Assembly: GCA_016288155.1 (NCBI GenBank)
Contig: JAEEYP010000105.1
Coordinates: 2,746 to 66,745, forward strand
Reading direction: 5' to 3'
Origin: Clostridiales bacterium
GTDB lineage: Bacteria; Bacillota; Clostridia; Oscillospirales; CAG-272
DNA length: 64,000 nt
A program made the position numbers and the translations under genes. Of this stretch, positions 27,681 to 36,737 are shown one piece after another (positions within the stretch are counted from its first letter, which is position 1; each line of letters begins with the position of its first letter). The notes under the pieces were generated by a model. The model was not told the origin of the DNA. It searched no databases and worked only from the letters and a program-made list of their open reading frames with translations.

Positions 27681-27689
27681 GGCGAAAAT

Positions 27690-29183
27690 TCAATGCACGC
27701 TCTGCATGTTCAGAATGCCGTCGACGATCGCGTCCATCGCCTCGATGATGGCGTCCGCCTTGCCGGAAAGCCGCGACACGATCTTGGTGTGATTGTTCTT
27801 GTCCACAAAGATCTCGCGGACGGCGCGTTCCGGCTCCTTGGCGATCGCCACGCCGAGGTCGAAGACGCGGTTGGACATGATGATGTCGAACATCTCGCCG
27901 GACTCCTGGTCGCGGGCGTACTTCGTCTTCAGGCGGATCTCGTAGTATTCGGGGATCGTGTAGCGGATCGCGTAGCTGCTCATCGCCTCGAGCACCGCCG
28001 CCATGCGGTTCACCGATTCGAGCGACGCCGGGCTCGGGAACATGCTCAGAGCGAGGTCGAGGATACGGCAGTCATACGCCTGCTGATCCTCCGAATACTT
28101 CGGATACGGGAGCACGCCGAAATCGGCGTCCATCTCGCGCATCTTGTCGATAGAGTAGAACGTGCAGTCGAGCATCAGCGCGCGGTTTTCCTGCAGCGCC
28201 GCGACGCCGGACTCGGAGATATCCCCGTCGTCCCAGTGCTTCCAGAAGGGATCGCCGTCGTACATCATCTTGATGGCGCGGTCGAGGACGTTGATGAACT
28301 CCTCGTTCATGTCGAGATCGAAGTACGGGATATCGTCCGCGTCTTTGTAGACGAGCAGCTGTCCCGCGGAGATGATGAGATCCTGCACGACCTGTCTGCC
28401 CTGTCCGTAGTAGCCCCACGCGTCGTCGTCCTTCGTCATGGCGCCGTCGCCGTTCAGATCGAAGGTGGCCTTATGACCGAACTCCGCGAATTTGTCCCAC
28501 GTCCATTTTCCGCTCCGGACGAGCTCGTACGGATCCTCGAGCGCGTAGTCCTCGATCAGCTTCTTGTTGAAGAGGATGACCGTCGTGTTGGCGTAGGAGT
28601 TGATGTTGGCGGCGCTGACGGCGGTGACGACCCTGTTGCCGACCGTCAGCTTTTCGTTGATATAATCGAACCAGTAATCCTTCGTGAAATCAAGATAATC
28701 GAGATCCGTCCAGAGGTACGCGAGCCCCTCCGCCGAATATTCGTAAATATATACGCTTCGGGTACTGCAGTACTGATACGTATCGTCGTTCGCGCGGACT
28801 GCGGCGGTCCAGTTGGCGAGGCTCGTGAAGACCTCTTCGATCTTGACGTTCAGCCGCTCGGCAACGTAAAGCTGCCGCTCATACACGGCGGACTCGTACC
28901 GGTCGGCGCTGTCCTCCTCCATCGTCATCCGCATGTCCTTGAGACCCGCGAACGTAACGGACGCGCCGCCGAAGTTGAGATCCTTCGGCAGATCGTCGAC
29001 CCATCCGGGATCGAACTCCGGCTCCGTCTCGGCGGGCTCCGTGTCGGGCGCCGCCGTTCCGGGATCGGAGGGCGTCCCGGTGCCGGAGGAGGTATCCGCG
29101 GGCGTCGACGGCTTGTCCGACGAGCACGCCGCGAGCGGGATCAGCATAAGAAGTGCCAGCATCAGCGCGAGAATGCGTTTCAT
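27690..29183 (-). CDS. Extracellular solute-binding lipoprotein, paralog 3 (tandem copy A)
   Basis: MKRILALMLALLMLIPLAAC lipobox (second ATG, 8 nt after GGAG). About two-thirds identical by eye to paralog 4. Confidence 0.75.
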   Translation of the reverse strand: MKRILALMLALLMLIPLAACSSDKPSTPADTSSGTGTPSDPGTAAPDTEPAETEPEFDPGWVDDLPKDLNFGGASVTFAGLKDMRMTMEEDSADRYESAVYERQLYVAERLNVKIEEVFTSLANWTAAVRANDDTYQYCSTRSVYIYEYSAEGLAYLWTDLDYLDFTKDYWFDYINEKLTVGNRVVTAVSAANINSYANTTVILFNKKLIEDYALEDPYELVRSGKWTWDKFAEFGHKATFDLNGDGAMTKDDDAWGYYGQGRQVVQDLIISAGQLLVYKDADDIPYFDLDMNEEFINVLDRAIKMMYDGDPFWKHWDDGDISESGVAALQENRALMLDCTFYSIDKMREMDADFGVLPYPKYSEDQQAYDCRILDLALSMFPSPASLESVNRMAAVLEAMSSYAIRYTIPEYYEIRLKTKYARDQESGEMFDIIMSNRVFDLGVAIAKEPERAVREIFVDKNNHTKIVSRLSGKADAIIEAMDAIVDGILNMQSVH

Positions 29184-29242
29184 CGTCATATCTCCTTTGA
29201 ATACGGCAGGATCCGCCGTTTTTTCTTCAATGCGCCGCCGTC

Positions 29243-30715
29243 TCAGTGGATGCTGTGCAGGTTGTCCTCGAAGCCGTAGATGATCGTATCCATCGCTTCC
29301 TCGACGGCGCCCGCCTGCCCGGCGAGCGTGGAAACGAGCTTGGACTGCTTGTTGCCGCCGAAGATCTCGCGCAGCACCTGCTCCGGCTTCTTGGCGATCG
29401 CCACGCCGAGGTCGAAGACGCGGTTCGCCATGATGATATCGAACATCTCGCCGGACTCCTGGTCGCGGGCGTACTTCGTCTTCAGACGGACCTCGTAGTA
29501 TTCGGGGATCGTGTAGCGGATCCCGTAGCTGCTCAAAGCCTCGAGAACCGCCGCCATCCGGTTCGCTTCCTCCACGGTGCACGTGACCGGGATCATCGAC
29601 AGCGAGATATCCTCGATGCGGGTCAGATAATTCTCCTGCTCCTCCGTGTATTTCGGATACGGGAGCACGCCGAAGTCGGCGTCCATGTCGCGCAGGCTGT
29701 TGATCGCGCTGAAGGTGACGTCGATCATGAGTCCGCGGTCCTCCTGGAAATTCCTCAGCCCCGTCTCGGAGATATCCCCGTCGTTCCAGTTGTTCCAGAA
29801 GCCTTCGCCGTACATCATCTTCAGCATCCTGTCGTACATCGAGATGAACGGCTCGTTCATATCGAGGTCGAAGTACGGGATGTCGTCCTCATCCTTGGAG
29901 ATGATCGTGAATCCGGCGGAAATGAGGAGCTGCTGCGGGAGCTCCTTCATACCCGCGTAGAAGCCCCACGCGTCCTCCGCCGTCATGGCGCCGTCGCCGT
30001 CCACGTCGTAGGTGCCGCGGCGGCCGAATTCCGTGAACTTGTCCCACGTCCACTGACCGGAGCGGACGAGCCCGTACGGATCCTCGAGCGTATAGTTCTC
30101 GATCAGCCGCTTATTGAACAGGATGACGTGCGTATAGTCGTAGGAGGTGATATTGTACGCGCCGACGGCGGTGCACAGCTTCCCGCCGATCGTCAGGTTC
30201 TCGTTGATGAAATCGAACCAGTAATTCTTTGAGAAGTCCAGATAATCGAGATCCGTCCAGAGGTACGCCAGCCCCTCCGCCGCGTACTCGTAGATATACA
30301 CGCAGCGCGTGCTGCAGAGCTGAAAGGCGTCGTCCTGCGCGCGGATCGTATTGACCCAGTTCCCGCCGGAGACCTCTTCGAGTTTGACGTTCAGCCGCTC
30401 GGACACGGCGAGCTGCCGCTCGTACACGGCGGATTCGTACCGGTCCGGACTGTCCTCTTCCCTGGTCAGCCCCAGCTTCGTCATCCTAACGGCCGCGCCG
30501 CCGAAATCGAGACCGGCGGGCAAGTCGTCGACGTCGCCCGGATCGAAGGCTGGTTCCGTCTCGGCGGGCTCCGTGTCGGGCGCCGCCGTTCCGGGATCGG
30601 CGGGCGTCCCGGTGCCGGAGGAGATATCCGCGGGCGTCGACGGCTTGTCCGACGAGCACGCCGCGAGCGGCAAAAGCATAAGAAATGCAAGAATCAGGGC
30701 GAAAATGCGTTTCAT
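29243..30715 (-). CDS. Extracellular solute-binding lipoprotein, paralog 4 (tandem copy B)
   Basis: MKRIFALILAFLMLLPLAAC lipobox. The linker ACSSDKPSTPAD.SSGTGTP.DPGTAAPDTEPAETEP is nearly identical to copy A. Confidence 0.75.
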   Translation of the reverse strand: MKRIFALILAFLMLLPLAACSSDKPSTPADISSGTGTPADPGTAAPDTEPAETEPAFDPGDVDDLPAGLDFGGAAVRMTKLGLTREEDSPDRYESAVYERQLAVSERLNVKLEEVSGGNWVNTIRAQDDAFQLCSTRCVYIYEYAAEGLAYLWTDLDYLDFSKNYWFDFINENLTIGGKLCTAVGAYNITSYDYTHVILFNKRLIENYTLEDPYGLVRSGQWTWDKFTEFGRRGTYDVDGDGAMTAEDAWGFYAGMKELPQQLLISAGFTIISKDEDDIPYFDLDMNEPFISMYDRMLKMMYGEGFWNNWNDGDISETGLRNFQEDRGLMIDVTFSAINSLRDMDADFGVLPYPKYTEEQENYLTRIEDISLSMIPVTCTVEEANRMAAVLEALSSYGIRYTIPEYYEVRLKTKYARDQESGEMFDIIMANRVFDLGVAIAKKPEQVLREIFGGNKQSKLVSTLAGQAGAVEEAMDTIIYGFEDNLHSIH

Positions 30716-30820
30716 GGGATATCCCCTTTTCATAAACAAAATGGAAATGGAGATCGTATGCGCTCTCCGCGCGGCGCCGGGGAAACGGCAAAAGCGCATA
30801 CGGCGCATAAATACACGTTT

Positions 30821-30849
30821 ATTATACCGCCGTACCGCCGTCCTGTCAA
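30821..30849 (-). promoter_or_regulatory. Perfect consensus promoter TTGACA-17-TATAAT for the tandem SBP genes (about 100-nt leader)
   Basis: The reverse complement reads aacTTGACAggacggcggtacggcggTATAATaaa. Confidence 0.7.
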
Positions 30850-30893
30850 GTTTTTTCGCATCGTCCGCGCGGGTATTTCGGCGGGATCGGCAG

Positions 30894-30929
30894 CAAAAAA
30901 GGCGGAGCAGGGTCGCTCCCTGCTCCGCC
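30894..30929 (-). terminator. Rho-independent terminator after 30951..31595
   Basis: ggcggagcaggg / ccctgctccgcc stem, followed on the minus strand by TTTTTT. Confidence 0.85.
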
Positions 30930-30950
30930 GGCAATGCAAACGGATCCGTC

Positions 30951-31595
30951 TTACTCCTTGCGCGCCTTCAGGCTCCGCCGGATCTCGCCGTTCAGCTCCT
31001 TGAACGCGCCCTTCGGGCTCACCTCGTCGAGCAGCTCGGCCATCTTCATCGCCTGCTCGTCCGACAGCTTTTTGTTCCCGGTGACGGCACGGAATTTCGC
31101 CGAGACGACGTAGCGGCTGATCTCCTTCTGCTTTCCGCCCTCGTCCAGCATTTGACGGACGACGCGGCTCGCATGCGCGAACCGGATCAGATCCTTGTTC
31201 AGAAGCGCATAGGAAAGCTTGCCGTCCTTGTCCGTATATTTCTCCACGATCTTCTCGTACTCGGCGCTGTCTACGACGACCTGTTCGGGTACGGCTTCTT
31301 CCGGCGCGGCCTCCGTCTCGGAGACGGTCTCGCCCTTCCACTGGACGCCGCCCAGCTTTCTGTAGGGCAGACCGGCCGTGAGAGCGATCGCCTCCTTGAA
31401 AGCCTCCTCTGGGAACAGATCCTTCGGCATATTGGCGGCGGGGATGGCTTCTCCCGACGTCTTGCTGATGGAAGCGATACCCGGCTGGGCACACCCCTCG
31501 CGGATGATGACGATCCCGGAGCCGCCGGACGGAAGCTTCTGACGGTAAGCGATCCCCTTGAGCACGCTCAGGTACACGACGTTCGTTCTGATCAT
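30951..31595 (-). CDS. Hypothetical protein (214 aa)
   Basis: GGGAGG RBS 7 nt upstream, native codon bias, own terminator. No family recognised. Confidence 0.7.
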   Translation of the reverse strand: MIRTNVVYLSVLKGIAYRQKLPSGGSGIVIIREGCAQPGIASISKTSGEAIPAANMPKDLFPEEAFKEAIALTAGLPYRKLGGVQWKGETVSETEAAPEEAVPEQVVVDSAEYEKIVEKYTDKDGKLSYALLNKDLIRFAHASRVVRQMLDEGGKQKEISRYVVSAKFRAVTGNKKLSDEQAMKMAELLDEVSPKGAFKELNGEIRRSLKARKE

Positions 31596-31696
31596 ATGGA
31601 TACCTCCCTTTTTGGGTTGCTCTATTGTACATCAAAAGTGAAAAAAAGTCAATGTTTTTCCGCGAATCGGACGCCTCGGAAATCAAAAAACGGCGC

Positions 31697-31725
31697 TTGA
31701 CAGGCGCCGGGAGCTTTGCTATAAT
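31697..31725 (+). promoter_or_regulatory. Perfect consensus promoter TTGACA-17-TATAAT
   Basis: gcTTGACAggcgccgggagctttgcTATAATaaa. Confidence 0.7.
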
Positions 31726-31780
31726 AAAAAACGTTCCCGGCGCGATCAAAGCGGACGGATACGAAAGGCGAGGTGATCCC

Positions 31781-32350
31781 ATGGACGAAAAGAAGATCCT
31801 TTTCTGCACCGACCGCCGGCAGTGGCGGCAATGGCTTGCAGATCATTTTGAGACCGAGACCGAGGTATGGTTCGTGTTCCCCTCGTCGGACGCGGAGGAG
31901 ACCGGCGTCTCCTACAACGACGCGGTCGAGGAAGCGCTGTGCTTCGGATGGATCGACGGGCGCGCGGGAACGCTCGACGGGACGCATCAGCTGCGCCGCT
32001 TCACGCCGCGGCGGAAAGGCAGCGCGTATTCCCAGCCCAATATCGAACGTCTGACCGCCCTCTGCGCGCAGGGGCTGATCCACCCGAAGATCCTGCCGTC
32101 GGTCGAGGAGATCATCCGCGCGCCCTTCGTCTTTCCCGAGGACATCCTCGACGCGATCCGGCGGGACGAGGACGCGTGGCACAATTATCAGTCCTTTCCG
32201 GAGCCGTACAAAAGGATCCGCGTCGCCTATATCGACGCCGCGAGAAAACGCCCCGCGGAGTTTGAGAAAAGGCTGACGAGCTTTATCCGGAAAACGCGGG
32301 AGGGCAAACGGATCGTCGGCTACGGCGGCGTGGACAAGTATTACCGGTAA
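31781..32350 (+). CDS. YdeI/OmpD-associated family protein
   Basis: MDEKKILFC...WRQWLADH...VWFVF...YNDAVEEALCFGWIDG...RFTPRRKGS.YS..N matches the YdeI family pattern. Confidence 0.75.
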   Translation: MDEKKILFCTDRRQWRQWLADHFETETEVWFVFPSSDAEETGVSYNDAVEEALCFGWIDGRAGTLDGTHQLRRFTPRRKGSAYSQPNIERLTALCAQGLIHPKILPSVEEIIRAPFVFPEDILDAIRRDEDAWHNYQSFPEPYKRIRVAYIDAARKRPAEFEKRLTSFIRKTREGKRIVGYGGVDKYYR

Positions 32351-32359
32351 GCGGCGGCT

Positions 32360-32992
32360 TCATGCGCGCCGGATCGGATGGCGGATCACCGTCCTCCATT
32401 TCTCCGACGGGACCTTCCGCGCGTCCGAAAGGTAGATCTCGTGGTGGAGGCGGCTGTCCGAAAAATCGTTTTCGTACCCGTTTTCCGCGGCGTACCTGTC
32501 CATGAGCGCCACGGTCGCCGGCTCGTCGTCAAACGGACCGACGTGCATGATCTGTACGCAGAGCCCCTCGTCGACCGTCAGAAACTCGACGCCCGAGCAG
32601 TCGAGTTTTTTCTTTTTCTCCGCCGTATCCGCCGCCCATGCCAGATCCTTCTCCGTGATGAAATCCGGGAGGCGGATGACGGAGATCCAATGAAAGGACG
32701 ACTTATCGGAACGATCGATCCCGCAAGCGCCTTCCTGCCGCCAGAAGCCCTCCAGCGGCGGCACGACGTAATCATAAAATCCCTCGATGCGGTAGTCCGT
32801 CCTGCAGCTCATTTTCAGCGTGTACGCCGCCGCGTACAGTACGCCGATCGCCCGCTGATACGCGCCGCCCGCTTCGTTCGGATCTCCTTTTCCGCGGACG
32901 GCGATATAATTCGCGCTCGGTACCCGCACGATCCGCGGCTCGCTCTTCGGCAGATAGAATTCCTTATACTCTTTTTTGAAGTCAAACGCCAT
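32360..32992 (-). CDS. GyrI-like small-molecule-binding domain protein
   Basis: MAFDFKKEYKEFY.PK..P.IV.VP...YI.V.G.GDPN...Y..A...LY is a canonical GyrI-like N-terminus. Confidence 0.8.
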   Translation of the reverse strand: MAFDFKKEYKEFYLPKSEPRIVRVPSANYIAVRGKGDPNEAGGAYQRAIGVLYAAAYTLKMSCRTDYRIEGFYDYVVPPLEGFWRQEGACGIDRSDKSSFHWISVIRLPDFITEKDLAWAADTAEKKKKLDCSGVEFLTVDEGLCVQIMHVGPFDDEPATVALMDRYAAENGYENDFSDSRLHHEIYLSDARKVPSEKWRTVIRHPIRRA

Positions 32993-33473
32993 GCGTTCCT
33001 CCTCCCGCCGCCGGATCGGTCCGTCTTTTCACGAAGCGCGGACCTTCCTCGCCGACGGTCCCGGTCGGGACAAAACCGCATTTTTCAAGGACGCGCTGCG
33101 ACGCCCGGTTGTCCGGCGCCGTTTCCGCCTCCACGCGCGTCACGCCCTCCTGCCGCAGCGCCCACGCCGCGGCGGCGGCGACCGCTTCCGCGGCGTAGCC
33201 CCGTCCGCGGTATCCTTCGTCGATGCCGTAGCCGATCTCGACCGCGCCGTCCGCGCCGAATCCCTTGAAGGAAAGATCTCCCGCGTGCGCGCCGTCTTTC
33301 TGCTCGATCGTCCAGATCGCGTACCACACCCACTGATCCGGGTGCGCGAGGGCTCCCTCCAGCATCTCTTTATACGCCTGCGCCAGCTCCGCGTCGGTCT
33401 CCGCCCCGATATACCGCTCCATCTCGTCCCGCGACGCGACGATAAGCCGCAGCCGCTTCGTTTCGAGCGTCAT
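32982..33473 (-). CDS. GNAT family N-acetyltransferase (RimJ/RimL-like)
   Basis: ATG at 33473 (MTLETKRLRL) with GGGGAG 6 nt upstream. EIGYGIDEGYRGRGYA and NRASQRVLEKCGF motifs. Confidence 0.75.
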   Translation of the reverse strand: MTLETKRLRLIVASRDEMERYIGAETDAELAQAYKEMLEGALAHPDQWVWYAIWTIEQKDGAHAGDLSFKGFGADGAVEIGYGIDEGYRGRGYAAEAVAAAAAWALRQEGVTRVEAETAPDNRASQRVLEKCGFVPTGTVGEEGPRFVKRRTDPAAGGGTHGV

Positions 33474-33495
33474 CCGCCGCTCCCCGCCGATCGCG

Positions 33496-34125
33496 TCAGT
33501 CAAAGAGCTGTCCCGGAAGCTTCTGCTTCTCCTTCGGCGGGAAACCCCGATCGAACGCCTCGACGTCTTCGTCCTTGACGTAATAACCCTGCGGCGTCTG
33601 ATACACGCCGGTGACGCCGTTCAGATATCCCGGGATCAGCTCCCGGCAGAGGAAGAACGAATCGTCCGCTCCCTCGGGCAGGTCGTGATACCGGATGCCG
33701 AATCGTCGCGCGTAGTCGAATCCGCACTTTCCGTAAAAGCGGATATTCCCCTCGAACAGCACCGCGCCGAACCCCATCTCCGTCGCTTTGACGAGCGAGT
33801 GATCGAGCAGCGCCTTCCCGTAGCCCTGCCGCTTCAGCGGCGGCGTGATGCAGATCGGTCCCATCGTCAAAACGGGGATCACGCGGCCGTCGTCCGCTTC
33901 GATGATCGTCTTCATGAACATGTTCTGTCCGATCAGGGTCCCGTTTTGCTCCATGACGAAATCCAGCTCGCGCACGAACGCCGGATCGTCCCGGAGCACG
34001 TGGATCACGTAATGCTCGCTGCACCCCGGGCGGTATACGTTCCAGAACGATTCGCGGATCAGGTTCTCGACCTCTCGGTACTCTTCTTTTCTCTCCGGAC
34101 GAATGATATTTTTTTTTGTCTCCAA
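33496..34125 (-). CDS. GNAT family N-acetyltransferase (YhbS-like)
   Basis: RPERKEEYREVENLIRESFW...PP.KRQGYGKALL.... Confidence 0.7.
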   Translation of the reverse strand: METKKNIIRPERKEEYREVENLIRESFWNVYRPGCSEHYVIHVLRDDPAFVRELDFVMEQNGTLIGQNMFMKTIIEADDGRVIPVLTMGPICITPPLKRQGYGKALLDHSLVKATEMGFGAVLFEGNIRFYGKCGFDYARRFGIRYHDLPEGADDSFFLCRELIPGYLNGVTGVYQTPQGYYVKDEDVEAFDRGFPPKEKQKLPGQLFD

Positions 34126-34168
34126 CGTTTTTTCCTCCCAATGATGTTGTGTGGTCTGATCTGCTCCC

Positions 34169-34702
34169 TCAGCGGATCCACTTGTCGGCGATCGTCGGCT
34201 GACCGTAGCCCCAGTCTTCCCCGACCGCGTGCGCGACGAGGGGAAATCCGTTCTTGGTCAGGACCCTGGCGGACGCCTGATTTTCGATCATCGTGCTGGC
34301 GGTGATGATCTCGATATCCGTCTCGCCGTACAGATAGTCGATCATCATGCCGAGCGCCTCGCTGGCGATCCCCTGCCCCCAGCAGCGTTCGAGCAAGCGA
34401 TAACCGACGCTGATCTTATGGATCGGATCGCGGTATCCGTACATCTCCGCAAGGCTGCAGAAGCCGCCGTCGAGGAACACGCCGAGAATGATCTATTCTT
34501 TCCAGCACTCGTCGTAGAGACGGCGGATCACATAGGGCGCGTCCGCATATCTGCGCTCAAACAGAAAGGTGGGGAGATAGCGGTACACCGCCTCGCTTCC
34601 GGCGAGCTCCCGCAGGTCCTGTGCGTGATCCTGCGTCAGCCGCTTCATGCACAGCCGCCGTCCGCTGAGCTCCGGTATCCCCGAAAACAGCTTCTTCTTC
34701 AT
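34169..34702 (-). pseudogene. GNAT acetyltransferase interrupted by a single in-frame TAG (plus-strand cta at 34493-34495); pseudogene or read-through candidate
   Basis: ORFs 34493..34702 and 34169..34480 are in the same frame: ...RLYDECWKE*IILGVFLDGGFC.... The joined product is a full-length RimJ-type GNAT (GYRLLERCWGQGIASEA, NQASARVLTKNGF). Confidence 0.6.
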
Positions 34703-34723
34703 TTCTTCTCTCGCCGCCGAGCG

Positions 34724-35596
34724 TCACTCCAGTGGCGGCAGCTCGTGGATGTCGTAATTGTCGAAGTAGATCTCGTACGCCGTCTCCGCGTCGCCGGAAA
34801 GCTCGATCAGCGCCCCCGCCTGGAACATGCGGGAGAGCGTGCCGGAAGGCGCCTTCCACGCGGCGTTCGATACGACCTCGACCGTCTCCTCGCCGACTTT
34901 CTCCGCGCGCAGGATCGCCTCGGCGCCGAAGAGCAGCGTCCCGGTGGCGATGTGGTAATCGCTGGAAACGATGACGAGCTTCTTCACCTGCGGATACCGC
35001 TCTGCGAGGATATCGCAGGTATAGATCGCGTTCTGCGCCGTGGTGCGGGACTTGTCCTCCACGATCACCCGGTCGGCGGAAACGCCGTTTTCGATCAGCC
35101 ACTCCGCCATCCTCCCGGCCTCCGTTGCCGATTCGTTTTCCGACGCCGTGCCGCCGCCGGTACAGACGATGAGCGCCTGCGGATACTGCGACGCGCAGCG
35201 CAATGCGACCGCGAGCCGCTCGATCAGCTCTTCGCGCATGGAGCCGTCCGGCGCAAGCTGGAAGCCGAGCACGACAAAGCACAGCTCATCCGTATCGGGA
35301 AGCCTCTCGACCGGCGCGTCGTAATGGATATGTGTCCCCGTGCCCGACGACTGCCACAGCGCCATGATGCGGTCCCAGCGCCCGGCGGCGTCCTTGTCCA
35401 CGCCTTTCAGTTCGCCGAACAGCTTCGTGATATGATCGTTCGCCTCGTCGCCGTACGTACCGTAATCGACGACCATCTCCTCGATGATCTCCTGCGCGCT
35501 CCGCGTCTCGGCTTTCTTCCCGCACCCGACGCACAGACACGCCAGAGCGGCGGCAAGCGCCGCCGCCGCAATCCGGATCCACACATATTTCTTCAT
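34724..35596 (-). CDS. YdcF/DUF218 (ElyC/SanA) family lipoprotein
   Basis: MKKYVWIRIAAAALAAALACLCVGCGK lipobox. VVLG...CTGGG...TA.NA...IVSSDYH is the DUF218 pattern. Confidence 0.7.
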   Translation of the reverse strand: MKKYVWIRIAAAALAAALACLCVGCGKKAETRSAQEIIEEMVVDYGTYGDEANDHITKLFGELKGVDKDAAGRWDRIMALWQSSGTGTHIHYDAPVERLPDTDELCFVVLGFQLAPDGSMREELIERLAVALRCASQYPQALIVCTGGGTASENESATEAGRMAEWLIENGVSADRVIVEDKSRTTAQNAIYTCDILAERYPQVKKLVIVSSDYHIATGTLLFGAEAILRAEKVGEETVEVVSNAAWKAPSGTLSRMFQAGALIELSGDAETAYEIYFDNYDIHELPPLE

Positions 35597-35727
35597 AAAC
35601 CAGTACCCTCCCGGATCATGTATCGAACTAATTATACCACAGAAATCGGATCGTGTAAATACCGTTCGCATACGCAGAACGACCGCCGCTGTCCCGAAGG
35701 ACCGCGGCGGCGTTGCGCTGACGGCGT

Positions 35728-36615
35728 TCAGAGCTTCAGCAGCCGGTACGCGTTGCGGCGGGCGATGTCGTCGAACATATCCTGCGTGATGCTCCCGTTG
35801 TCCAGGAGAGTGAACAGGATCTTCGGCTGAGGGACCTTCTGATCGGGATAACAGATATCCGTCCCGAACAGGATCCGGTCGCTGAATTCCCGCATGAACT
35901 GCCCGGCGTACGTCATGTCGCGCATCATCGCGTTGGCGCCGCTGCCCGCCGACAGATCCACCCACAGATTTTTATAACGGCGCATCAGGTACGCCACCCT
36001 GCCCTCGGCGATGATCGGGTAATTCGGGTGATACTTCCTTCTGTCGCTTTCCTCGCGGAGCGTCGATATCTCCGCCCAGAACGCCGGGCCGTGACCGATG
36101 AAGATGAGATCCGGGAACCGGTCGAGGCACGCCTCCAGCTGCGGCATGCCGGGATCGTCGTAGATCCCGTACTCACAGCCGAGGCACGCCGTCATATCGA
36201 ACAAAAGCGGGAGCCCCGCCTTCTCCGCGCACCGCAGCAGGTTCTGCATCTTGGGATCCTTCCACTCCATATTGGGCATCACTTCGCCGATTCCCTTGCA
36301 GCCCTGCTCGACGTACTGGTCGAACAGGATGCCGAGCGGCGCGTCCGAGGAGTTGGTCAGGGCGCGCGGATCGACGTTGCAGAACGCGACGTACTTTCCG
36401 CCGGACGCGTCCGCGATGTCGATCAGCTCGCCGACCGACTGCGGAACGTACAGCTCCGGCCCGAGAACGGGCAAAAGCGCCGCGCCGGTGATGTTCAGCT
36501 CCGCATGGCGGACCGCAAGCTGTTCCGGCGTCGGCATGACGTATCTCGTGCCGCCCGCTCCGTCCGGGACCCTGTAGGGATATTTGTAAACGTGCGCGTG
36601 GATGTCGAAAAACAT
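35728..36615 (-). CDS. Amidohydrolase-2 / metal-dependent TIM-barrel hydrolase
   Basis: MFFDIHAHVY metal motif, ...GHG..., FGTD near the C-terminus. Confidence 0.7.
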   Translation of the reverse strand: MFFDIHAHVYKYPYRVPDGAGGTRYVMPTPEQLAVRHAELNITGAALLPVLGPELYVPQSVGELIDIADASGGKYVAFCNVDPRALTNSSDAPLGILFDQYVEQGCKGIGEVMPNMEWKDPKMQNLLRCAEKAGLPLLFDMTACLGCEYGIYDDPGMPQLEACLDRFPDLIFIGHGPAFWAEISTLREESDRRKYHPNYPIIAEGRVAYLMRRYKNLWVDLSAGSGANAMMRDMTYAGQFMREFSDRILFGTDICYPDQKVPQPKILFTLLDNGSITQDMFDDIARRNAYRLLKL

Positions 36616-36675
36616 GATGCACCCTCCGTTTTTTTCGTATATTCAGAATTATTGCGCGATACTGCCCGGAACCGT

Positions 36676-36704
36676 TTGACATCCGGCGTCCCGGGTGGTA
36701 CAAT
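36676..36704 (+). promoter_or_regulatory. Promoter TTGACA-17-TACAAT
   Basis: gtTTGACAtccggcgtcccgggtggTACAATaat. Confidence 0.65.
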
Positions 36705-36737
36705 AATGGCGACAAACGACCACGCGGGAGGCACGGA

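Noticed and set aside
29184-29242. Hairpin acggcaggatccgccgt plus a T-run between the tandem SBP genes, as a possible terminator.
   Set aside because: The U-run follows the stem only on the plus strand, where nothing is transcribed. On the coding (minus) strand there is no U-tract, so it is probably not a terminator between the paralogs.
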